Source: Nemertoderma westbladi (taxonomy: Eukaryota > Animalia > Xenacoelomorpha). Taken from it: a stretch of DNA of 64,000 bases. The stretch's first letter is position 1. The number at the start of each line of letters is the position of its first letter. Position numbers and translations under genes: made by a program. Of the stretch, positions 54,190-63,643 are shown one piece after another. Under the pieces are notes generated by a model, which had not been told where the DNA came from, ran no database searches, and saw only the letters and a list, made by a program, of their open reading frames with translations. The stretch lies in assembly GCA_032718475.1 (NCBI GenBank), contig JAUCBJ010005626.1, positions 27,387 through 91,386 of the forward strand, in the 5' to 3' direction.

Positions 54190-55590
54190 TTGTAGCGAAT
54201 CTCAGTAAGTGAACAACCGCTTTTACTCTTCTTGGTCGCGCTTTGTGAGATCTGCCTTGATACTTATATGCTTCAAATTAGGAAGTAATTTCAGCTTGTC
54301 TGAATTTATTCTGACCATGTTTCTGTCCGACCAGAACGAAAGGTAACATTAAGACATCGGGGGTGTTTATCTGTGCCAAGATCTATAGTGCACACGCGAC
54401 GACATCGCTCGAAATGGATATCTCTACATCCGATAGCAATGAGCACTTTGCGTAGAACTTCTTTATCAGGGTCGTCGGAAGCTAGCTCTGGAATTCCACA
54501 AAAGATCAAATTCTTAAGACGTTCATCTTTATCATGTAAGGGAACTCCTCCAGTAAAGGTCACTAGGGGATATCTTTCGTCAGGTGTGTGAGATAATCAG
54601 GTGATTCCCTAGTATAATGCCTTACCTCCCTTCCCACTTGACTTCCGGTTTCGCTCAGGGAACCTGCTGTCGGACAGCCAGTGGCCTGTCGAGGATATGC
54701 GGTAGACCCCGGAATCAGTGTAACAAATAAGAGGGTTCAACAATATAATACTAATAAACATTAGAGAAGAGGTGACATTTAATATAAGAATGCACCTAAG
54801 AATGAAGTTCTGCCCCGAAATCATAACATTATATACACCGCAATATAATCAATAATCGTTACTAAACATCTGATTAATCGCACTATTAACACCTTCACCT
54901 GTTAACGCCTAAAATGTTATCTATCTCTCAGCCGTGTGTAGTTCCTGGTAACCCCCCCCCCCCCCCCCCCCCCCCAATCTATTAATAGTCCCTTTCATTG
55001 TTATAAACAACCGGTTACATTGTCCTTACTGTATTATAAATCCTACGTACTTTATTGCAGCATTATTGTTCGGTTTGTCGATAGGCAATTTCTAAGGCTG
55101 TGTTTGGCCTCACTATGCGTTCACACCTCATCTTCACGACTCTATCCACTGTTATTACCCTTCTAATTATATCGTTCATTGATATGGGATTACTCACTAA
55201 CATATCATTGCGAGCATTTATATTTTGCTGATCCAAAATGTCTCGTTTTCAACGGTTGTGCATCTCGTTATTGGACCTTTTTTTTTCTAACGCAACGATT
55301 ATTTTCTCCTGATCGTTGTATTTTTGGCTCTGGCTATCTAGTTTGTCGTTGATGGGTGTCAGTTTCGCGTCGAGCATTTTATGTGGTTTTATCCAGAAAT
55401 CATCATTTGTAGCTACTGCATCAGCGACGGATACATCGGGAGCTGACGACGACTGGTTTGCTGTGGATTGTCCACTTGCTGTTTCCTCGTTTCTACAGGC
55501 TTCACATATCCCTGAAAGCTGTAAATTTCCCTAACTTTGGTAGAGTTATTTTCGAATCTCCGCAAAGTTTGCAGTCAGGCATTTCTACAT
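54190..55590 (-). mobile_element. Interrupted LINE ORF1 remnants
   Basis: ERLKNLIFCGIPE...PRCLNVTFRS...ISIKADLT (ORF1 RRM/CTD-like) at 54190-54560, and a Cys-pair N-terminus MPDCKLCG...CEAC followed by coiled-coil-like sequence near 55300-55590. Confidence 0.55.
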
Positions 55591-55934
55591 TATTTTTATT
55601 TAGGGTTCAAAGAAGTGATTACTATTGCTGTTGTGATTGCTATCAATATTGTTGTAATAAGTTCGCACCTATGCAGGGCAGCCTAATAACGAAAAACGAA
55701 ACATTTGGCAATATTATAGTATAGTATATAGTATACTATAGTATATAGTATTATACATTTATTATAGGAAGGGATCTAGGGGTCTTAACCTCGAATGATA
55801 AGTTTATTTTACCAATCTTTTATTGGCGCAATTGTAGGACTAATCCCATCACATCCGTACTTTTTAACCGGGTAGTGTACAAATTTAGGAATCGCGTAAT
55901 TTTTCTTGAAATTAATATCTCATATCTCTCCAAA

Positions 55935-55975
55935 CCACGTACGCGTTTCGACCTTACTGGGTCTCATCAGCGTGG
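55935..55975 (-). ncRNA. Minimal type-I hammerhead ribozyme
   Basis: Minus strand reads CCACG CUGAUGA GACC CAGUAA GGUC GAAA CGCG UA^CGUGG. It has an intact catalytic core, stem I CCACG/CGUGG, stem II GACC/GGUC, palindromic stem III ACGCGU and a GUA cleavage triplet. Confidence 0.9.
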
Positions 55976-56040
55976 TGTCGGAATCGAATCTGGGACCTCG
56001 AGGTGGAAGCCGAGACTACAACCACTAGGCCACAGGTTCT
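55976..56040 (-). promoter_or_regulatory. tRNA-derived Pol III internal promoter (A and B boxes) directly upstream of the hammerhead
   Basis: A box TGGCCTAGTGG (56032-56022), anticodon-like arm CTCGG-CTTCCAC-CTCGAG, B-box-like GATTCGATTCC (55990-55980). Confidence 0.75.
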
Positions 56041-56386
56041 TGAGATATGGAGTATTAATTTCAAAGCCAGCTGCCATTTTATTAGCCCCTGATTTTTATT
56101 ATTGATAGTAACAATGTGTTGGCAAGCTGTATTTTTCGTGGTATTTGTTATTATACATTTATTATAGGAAGGGATCTAGGGGTCTTAACCTCGAATGATA
56201 AGTTTATTTTACCAATAATAACTCATCTTTTATTGGCGCAATTGTAGGACTAATCCCATCACATGCGTACTTTTTAACCGGGTATTGTACAAATTTTAAA
56301 TAACATATAAATACAAATATTATACAAATATTATAATAACAAATACCTCGAAAAATACAGCTTGCCAACACATTGTTACTATCAAT

Positions 56387-57731
56387 AGTATAGTATAGTA
56401 TAGTATAGTATAGTATAGTATAGTATAGTATAGTATAGTATAGTATAGTATAGTATAGTATAGTATAGTATAGTATAGTATAGTATAGTATAGTATAGTA
56501 TAGTATAGTATAGTATAGTATAGTATAGTATAGTATAGTATAGTATAGTATAGTATAGTATAGTATAGTATAGTATAGTATAGTATAGTATAGTATAGTA
56601 TAGTATAGTATAGTATAGTATAGTATAGTATAGTATAGTATAGTATAGTATAGTATAGTATAGTATAGTATAGTATAGTATAGTATAGTATAGTATAGTA
56701 TAGTATAGTATAGTATAGTATAGTATAGTATAGTATAGTATAGTATAGTATAGTATAGTATAGTATAGTATAGTATAGTATAGTATAGTATAGTATAGTA
56801 TAGTATAGTATAGTATAGTATAGAGTATATAGTATATAGTATATAGTATATAGTATAGAGTATAGAGTATAGAGTATAGAGTATAGAGTATATAGTATAG
56901 AGTATATAGTATAGAGTATATAGTATAGAGTATATAGTATAGAGTATATAGTATAGAGTATATAGTATAGAGTATATAGTATATAGTATATAGTATAGAG
57001 TATATAGTATAGAGTATATAGTATAGAGTATATAGTATAGAGTATATAGTATAGAGTATATAGTATATAGTATATAGTATATAGTATATAGTATATAGTA
57101 TATAGTATATAGTATATAGTATATAGTATATAGTATATAGTATATAGTATATAGTATATAGTATATAGTATATAGTATATAGTATATAGTATATAGTATA
57201 TAGTATATAGTATATAGTATATAGTATATAGTATATAGTATATAGTATATAGTATATAGTATATAGTATATAGTATATAGTATATAGTATATAGTATATA
57301 GTATATAGTATATAGTATATAGTATATAGTATATAGTATATAGTATATAGTATATAGTATATAGTATATAGTATATAGTATATAGTATATAGTATATAGT
57401 ATATAGTATATAGTATATAGTATATAGTATATAGTATATAGTATATAGTATATAGTATATAGTATATAGTATATAGTATATAGTATATAGTATATAGTAT
57501 ATAGTATATAGTATATAGTATATAGTATATAGTATATAGTATATAGTATATAGTATATAGTATATAGTATATAGTATATAGTATATAGTATATAGTATAT
57601 AGTATATAGTATATAGTATATAGTATATAGTATATAGTATATAGTATATAGTATATAGTATATAGTATATAGTATATAGTATATAGTATATAGTATATAG
57701 TATATAGTATATAGTATATAGTATATAGTAT
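56387..57731. repeat. Compound microsatellite: (TAGTA)n, then mixed TATAGAG/TATATAG, then (TATATAG)n
   Basis: Seen directly. Confidence 0.98.
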
Positions 57732-58197
57732 CTTGTATGTTGTAAAAAAAAATTCTGTTTGTAGGTATTGAATCTTCTCCTACAATTTTCAACGAAATAA
57801 AGCGAAATTTTGCAGAAAGCATGTCTAATAAATGCTCCCTATGGGGTGTCGACAGAATTTTAATTGAGTGAATTCTACGATTATGATCGGTCATTCTAGA
57901 ATTAATTTCACTGTTGCTAGGCAACCAACAGGTCCCTCGCAACCAAAACCTTGCATACACAACTAGGTCCGATAATGAACCTAATCTATCATCAACGTTT
58001 CATCCAATTCCATCAACATAGTGCAAGAAGTTGTCTGTACAAACAAACACACACACAAACAAACACGCGTGAGAAATAAGGACATCCAGTTCTGCTGGAT
58101 CCGTCAAATTATTAGGAACCGAGAGGGACTTAGAGCTCGTGAAAATTGATAAAGTCTGATAGTATACAATATACAGCAATTATCGTTATCAACTTAC

Positions 58198-58291
58198 CAT
58201 AACCTGCGCTCTCCGCGGTCGTTTGTAGCACAGTTCCAATAAGAATACAGATTACCTTAAATATACCTGCCGTAGTAAGTTTAGCAATCAT
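58198..58291 (-). CDS. ShKT gene B exon 1, signal peptide (MIAKLTTAGIFKVICILIGTVLQTTAESAGY)
   Basis: ACAATG start, basic residue followed by a hydrophobic core and small residues, G|GTAAGT donor in phase 1. Confidence 0.72.
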
Positions 58292-59236
58292 TGTGAGCCT
58301 TTTATATTTACAGTTTCAACATAGAATTTTCTAAACGTTTAACAATTATTTTTTCAACGTTGTACGATATTCATACGGGTTTACAATATTCGGTAATATA
58401 TCAGCTATTGTAATCTGTAATGTATTAATACCATTAACGGTGCAGCTGTGACTAATCTGTGTATCTGTATGAATGCGTAATTTACGGTCATTAAATAAAT
58501 TACTGATTTTGTACTAGGGCGATACAAACTAAATAGTGTTATTATTCAATGTCCCGTTGGGTTGTGAAGGATTTGACTGCTTATCAAATGTATTCCTCTC
58601 TCATAACACATTGCTGTCGTAACATGGCGTTTTCCTTTTGTGCCATTTCATTATTGTCTTGCGGTAATAGTAATGTATTATTCCACCATGTTTGACATGA
58701 GCATGTCAATAACAGGCAGGTTTTTTTTTTTGGTGCCACTGATTCACCGCTGACCGACGTATCAATTTGATATCAGTGTTTTTACCTCTTCGTCCTCGAG
58801 TTCTTGAAAATGCAACCAAATAAATATGGAAGTTTATTTACTTAGTTAATAGGGAGTGTACACTGTACATGCGGATGACTGTCGAATGCTGCCTTACATA
58901 AATATATTCCGTTTATGGAATATCATAAAAATCATAATGTAAAATTAAATTACTATCCCTAAACGGCTTGTAAAGCTTTGAATATTGATGAGTAAAACAT
59001 CATTTACCCATAATATGGCTTTACCTCTGATTGTTAAGTTTATTACCACTGGGGAAATAAATTCTGACATTTAGGAATAACCAACCATTAAGTAGCAATT
59101 CTACCAAAATGATTCGTATGAGACTATAATTGGTAGTACAATATAAGATACCAGCAAAATCAGCGATTGTGTCAGAGAATATAGAAATAAGATAGCAGAT
59201 ATATTGATTATCATTTTGCTTTTTTTTAATAAAACT

Positions 59237-60370
59237 ATGGCTAATAAAAATATGTATCCCAACATTGCTGATGAGGAGTTTGATGAGTTGAATAATTACT
59301 TTGAATACCTAAAGACAGAGTTGTTCACTCCAGGTACTACCACTGGTAACCTAACGGTGATCTTTGTTTGCTTCTACGCCGTCATCGGCATTATCGGTCA
59401 CGTGCTCACCATCGTCGTTGTTAAGCTCGAGCCAAGTTTCCAGTCCATCTTCTACAAGTTGCTCGCTCTTGGCGCGGTCTTCGAAATTCTCGCTCTCATT
59501 GGCAAGGTCCTTCATATCCTCGCCAACCAGCTCTACTTTTGCCCGGGAGAGGTGCGGAACTTCGTACAAAACGATGTTTGGATTACCATGTGGCAGGATT
59601 GTCCCTCGGTGGTGGCTGCCGGTGTCCAGGGCTACTGGAAACTATTCGTCAGTCCACTACTCGCTCTCTCTGGTTGGGCAGTCGTCTTCATATCGATCGA
59701 CCGCTTTTGCGCGGTGTTTCTTGCTATCCGTTACTCTCTCGTCCACGAGAACCAGAAGAAGATTCTGCTCGGTGCTTTCATCTTTCAGGTTCTTGTGTTT
59801 ATCATTCCCGTCTGGCCGGAGTTTCTAGTTAATACTATCGAAGACCAAGGACCAAAGACCACTTTTATTGTCACGAATAATTCGACATTATACGAAGATT
59901 ACATCTCAAATGTCTCTGGTTTCTACCGGCCCATCGAGAATTGGCTTCAAGTAGGCCTTCTTTTTATCTTCAGCGCTGCCGTTCTATTTAAAGTGAAGGT
60001 GATGGCCAAACTACGCGGAAGTACAGGGGAGTCAGACAGAGATAAGCGCGACCGGAGTCTCATCAACCTTATGCTCATCACCATGGCAACAAAGGGGTCG
60101 CAGTTGGCCTTCAACGGTATCCAATGGATGTACATAAATCTTTATCGCGATAGTTTGGAGCAGTCCGTTCCGCCCAACGCCCATATTGTGGGTATCGCGG
60201 AGGTGCGCGCCTACTACCACGCATTCAATGTTAGCAATATCCTTATCGTTGTCAACTACTACGTCTGCGTCGCCTACGCTGTTAACTTTTACCTCATGCT
60301 AACGATTCGATCATTCAGCGATGCGTTTAAACGGCAAATTGTGGCTCCAATATCTAAAAAATTCAAATAG
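59237..60370 (+). CDS. Intronless rhodopsin-type (class A) 7TM GPCR, divergent; FMRFamide-receptor/Srw-like group (tentative)
   Basis: 377 aa from ATG 59237 with about seven hydrophobic segments: TM1 GIIGH, TM3 ISIDRFCAV, TM7 AVNFYLM, then an F..AFK helix 8. AATAAA at about 60384. Confidence 0.85.
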   Translation: MANKNMYPNIADEEFDELNNYFEYLKTELFTPGTTTGNLTVIFVCFYAVIGIIGHVLTIVVVKLEPSFQSIFYKLLALGAVFEILALIGKVLHILANQLYFCPGEVRNFVQNDVWITMWQDCPSVVAAGVQGYWKLFVSPLLALSGWAVVFISIDRFCAVFLAIRYSLVHENQKKILLGAFIFQVLVFIIPVWPEFLVNTIEDQGPKTTFIVTNNSTLYEDYISNVSGFYRPIENWLQVGLLFIFSAAVLFKVKVMAKLRGSTGESDRDKRDRSLINLMLITMATKGSQLAFNGIQWMYINLYRDSLEQSVPPNAHIVGIAEVRAYYHAFNVSNILIVVNYYVCVAYAVNFYLMLTIRSFSDAFKRQIVAPISKKFK

Positions 60371-61956
60371 AAACAGTTTTATTAATAAACTCCTTTTTCA
60401 GTTAATGTTGTCGATTTTGTGTATTTTGCAGTTAGCCTCATTGGTATTGTCAGCTAATTGTAAATCTATAATCTTTTAATAGCTAAGGGACCCTAATAGT
60501 TCTGTTACAGAGGCAGTCCAACACTGTCAACACGCAACTACTGTCATTCTACAGCAGTGATTACAGAAGTATACGACTGTTTCGGGGGTAAATATATTTT
60601 TAAGGATTGCTACCCTCTCATATCCTTTACTCATTGAAGTGAATGGAAATTCAAAAGACGAAAGTCTAAAAGATAAGAACCTAAAATACTTTGTAACATC
60701 TTCACCTACTGATTGGTACAAATATTACTTTTATTTTGGTCTATTATATTGTTGTTTTACTTTGAACGCCGCCTTAACCTCAGTTTGGACCCTTTGCTTT
60801 TAATTTTGTAATTGTTTATTTTATGGACTTGTATTGGCGCTTGCTTGCTCCGGTTCGACTGTTTTATTTATCATGTTTAAACTTTTTATTTGACTTTATT
60901 TTATCTATTTCGGACATCAAACTGTTCCCATCTCGTTTGTGTCTTTCATCCCTTTGACTTAACTCAATGTATATTAACCGATATTAACCGCTATTAACCG
61001 CTATTATTTATTTATGCGAGTGTTTTTCCAATATCTTCTATCGTTTAATACTCACCCGCCGTAATCATATTTTTGTCAAATAAATTTTATATAACATCGT
61101 ATTTTCCAGCACTTCTACTATACATACTGTATATTAGTAGTCTATATAGGCATACTGCACTGGTAAGGAAGTAACTGTTTGAAACCGCGGATAATGGGAA
61201 CCCCTGAGACGACCAATTTTTTTCATTTTGTAAATTATTAATGGCGATTAAAGTTGCTATTGGAAAAACATAGTGCTCGTTTACATGGTAGCAAAAATAG
61301 TAATGGTTGATCTCAAGCAAGGGTTACCATTAAATGTGGTTTGTGCCATCATAGACTTCATGATAGTATGGGCGATGGATAACGGTAATCTTACTGTGGG
61401 CCAATATTATATTGTGTAGAAAGATATATGTGCAATGTTTATTTAACCTAATAATTTAAGTTAGTTTAAGTCAGTTTCCAGTTTATATATCAGTTTAGAA
61501 TATAGTTATGAGGGACCGCACTGGGAATAAGTGCCAATCCCCTGGCTTAACGATCTAAGGAAACAATAAATTTTGCTTTTATCTTTTTATTCCATGCTGT
61601 ATAAATTAATGTAATCATGGTATGACTGATGTCAGACTTGAATATACTGTACTTGTTTCAAGTGCTGAAAACCAACTGTTTATAAATAAAACAGCGGCGG
61701 TTTCTTATATATTCAAGTAATATATCTTCCTACAATAATTTATGAGATATAATATATATATATATACCCTTAATTGTTCGGTGCACTAAATAACTACTTC
61801 TTTTGTCTCAACGATTGTTAACCCTTTATTAAATATGTTTAGATGTTTTTTATATTCAACAAAGGTCTGGAACAAATATGATACGAATCACCCTCCACCT
61901 TTTCCTTAGTTACAATAATTATTATACCCATGACCACATACACGGTCACAAATGAA

Positions 61957-62114
61957 TTATACACCGTACTTTAAGATAAGTTTGTTGCACGTGTTGCACG
62001 ACGTCTGACAGTAGCTGTAATTCCATAGAAACTGCACGGGATCATCGCACAGGCCTGAAGCTAGTCTCTCAGCGCAATCTGAGTGGGGTTGATCTGGGGC
62101 GTTCACACAGTCAA
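61957..62114 (-). CDS. ShKT gene A terminal exon
   Basis: DCVNAPDQPHSDCAERLASGLCDDPVQFLWNYSYCQTSCNTCNKLILKYGV then TAA, homologous to the gene B terminal exon. AATAAA at 61830-61825. Confidence 0.88.
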
Positions 62115-62216
62115 CTGTAACGATTTAACACGGTTACATTATATTTAACCTAATATTTACTAATTATTACCTTTATTTATATCATATATCTTATTATTAT
62201 GTTAAGAATAACTTAC

Positions 62217-62342
62217 ATCGACCGTCCCCGCAACGATCACAAGCTTTATTGCACTTAATGTACAAGAAGAGGGGGTTTTCGCACTGTCCTAATGCAGCAA
62301 GTCCTCCGCATATTGGATCCTCATCGGGATTCTCTTGACATA
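62217..62342 (-). CDS. ShKT gene A penultimate exon
   Basis: CQENPDEDPICGGLAALGQCENPLFLYIKCNKACDRC, homologous to gene B exon 6; phase 1-1. Confidence 0.88.
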
Positions 62343-62488
62343 CTGCGGATATATAATGGCAACAATAGTCTTTCTCATCTTGATATCTAAAGCAGTAGCA
62401 GCGGTAACAAACATTTTGGTTTTTCTTTTATTTTTTTATCCATTCCATAAAGTGAAAAAGTAAAGCTTTCTTCGGCCGTTAGGACAGG

Positions 62489-62572
62489 GATTACACACAA
62501 AGTGACAACTTATTTCCAGTGCCCTAAGAGGTCTTAGGGCACTGGAAATAAGTTGTCACTTTGTGTGTAATC
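62489..62572. repeat. Perfect 41-bp-arm palindrome with a 2-nt loop, intronic in ShKT gene A
   Basis: GATTACACACAAAGTG...GCCCTAAGA-GG-TCTTAGGGC...CACTTTGTGTGTAATC. Confidence 0.95.
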
Positions 62573-62839
62573 AAATGGTTTGATGGTTTGACTTTGATGC
62601 CCCCCCCCCCAGAATTATTCTCCCCCAGAGGAAACTGATTCCCATTTATCTAACACTTAAGGATGCGACAGCGATGCTCAAAGTAATGGAATGATCTAAA
62701 TCTGCAACTAGGATTACCGCCCGAACTTCATTACATATCTCCCGGATTGGTTCTCTAAGAGAAATCTGTAGAAATTTGAAATTCCAAATTGTCACATTTT
62801 ATAATTAAATACAGTTTATTACATTGCACAATAACTTAC

Positions 62840-62893
62840 ATACATTCTCCCTGCACTTGTTGCACGACCTCTGGCAATAGGTGTACATATAAC
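62840..62893 (-). CDS. ShKT gene A: C-half of the split ShKT domain
   Basis: GYMYTYCQRSCNKCRENV; poly-T ttattag acceptor and T|GTAAGT donor. Confidence 0.85.
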
Positions 62894-63568
62894 CTAATAA
62901 GAAAAAAAAACGATATATATTACATTAAATTGGATTTACTTCCCAAATTACGCCATGCTCATTCCTCATTGGACTGTAGGCTACTGCTGGCTGGTGATGT
63001 GAAAATATTTCAATGTTATTCCTGTAATTACCTATATTAGATGGCAAAAAGCTAATATACATTGTGAAGTAAATCTCTCTAAATTCAGTACAAACTAATT
63101 ATCATTGTGAAAATAAACAGAATATATTCGCCTGATTTCTGCGATTAGTTGAGGCTGGCTTTTGGGACCCGAAAATGTTCCCTATTTTTTATTGGCTGGC
63201 AAGCTATTTTTAAAATAATTCTTTTACAGCTATTTCCCGGTGGATTTAAAGTTTTCTCGGTTTATTTAGCAAAACCACTCATTTTCGAGTAAATTAAGCC
63301 TTTTGATTCTTATTACTTGAGACTATGAAATGAAAATGATATATAATTCCAGTAAATAAGAAGCGATAATAAAGTATGCGACTGACCTTAGATTTAGGCT
63401 TTAGACCTGAAAATTTGAAAAATTGCTAGAACCGTTTTGAATTTGATCATCCAATTAAACAATCCTCACTCACAGAACACATCATTGTGAGAGGAAGCTA
63501 TCTGCTGTTCCTAATTATCTCCCCACATAAATGAGTTTGTTATTATACATAAGTTGGGTTGTATTTAC

Positions 63569-63643
63569 CTGAATTGTAGATACAATCTCCGGCTGCCCCC
63601 CACCCAGGGCAATCTTCATGTAAGTCTTCGACAACAACACACC
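63569..63643 (-). CDS. ShKT gene A (paralog, 5' part beyond window): N-half of a ShKT domain
   Basis: CVVVEDLHEDCPGWGAAGDCIYNSG; catctag acceptor and CAG|GTAAAT donor. Confidence 0.85.

Larger units (their letters stand above)
55751..56386 (-). mobile_element. Non-autonomous Penelope-pLTR / retrozyme-like cassette
   Basis: Direct repeat 55751-55886 / 56151-56296 (period 400), inverted repeat 56101-56155 / 56332-56386, internal hammerhead. TAGTA-type microsatellite on both flanks. Confidence 0.72.
35310..58291 (-). other. ShKT gene B: secreted protein with signal peptide and 6 ShKT domains, 295 aa, 7 coding exons
   Basis: Exons 58291-58198, 50066-49938, 49649-49521, 47182-47051, 43472-43347, 41021-40887 and 35452-35310 total 888 nt. 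All introns are GT-AG phase 1. Each domain exon carries six Cys ending in CxxxCxxC. AATAAA candidate at 34860-34855. Confidence 0.88.

Noticed and set aside
56320-57960. 546-aa Tyr/Ile/Leu/Thr ORF
   Set aside because: Microsatellite translation.
59351-60220. Overlapping alternative-frame and antisense ORFs in the GPCR
   Set aside because: Expected shadows of a GC-richer coding sequence, with no motifs.
60527-61400. Possible Penelope RT/GIY-YIG relic (QGFPLSAV and ETVVYFC fragments on the minus strand)
   Set aside because: The resemblance is too weak to call by eye. A tBLASTn/HMM search against PLE proteins would be needed.
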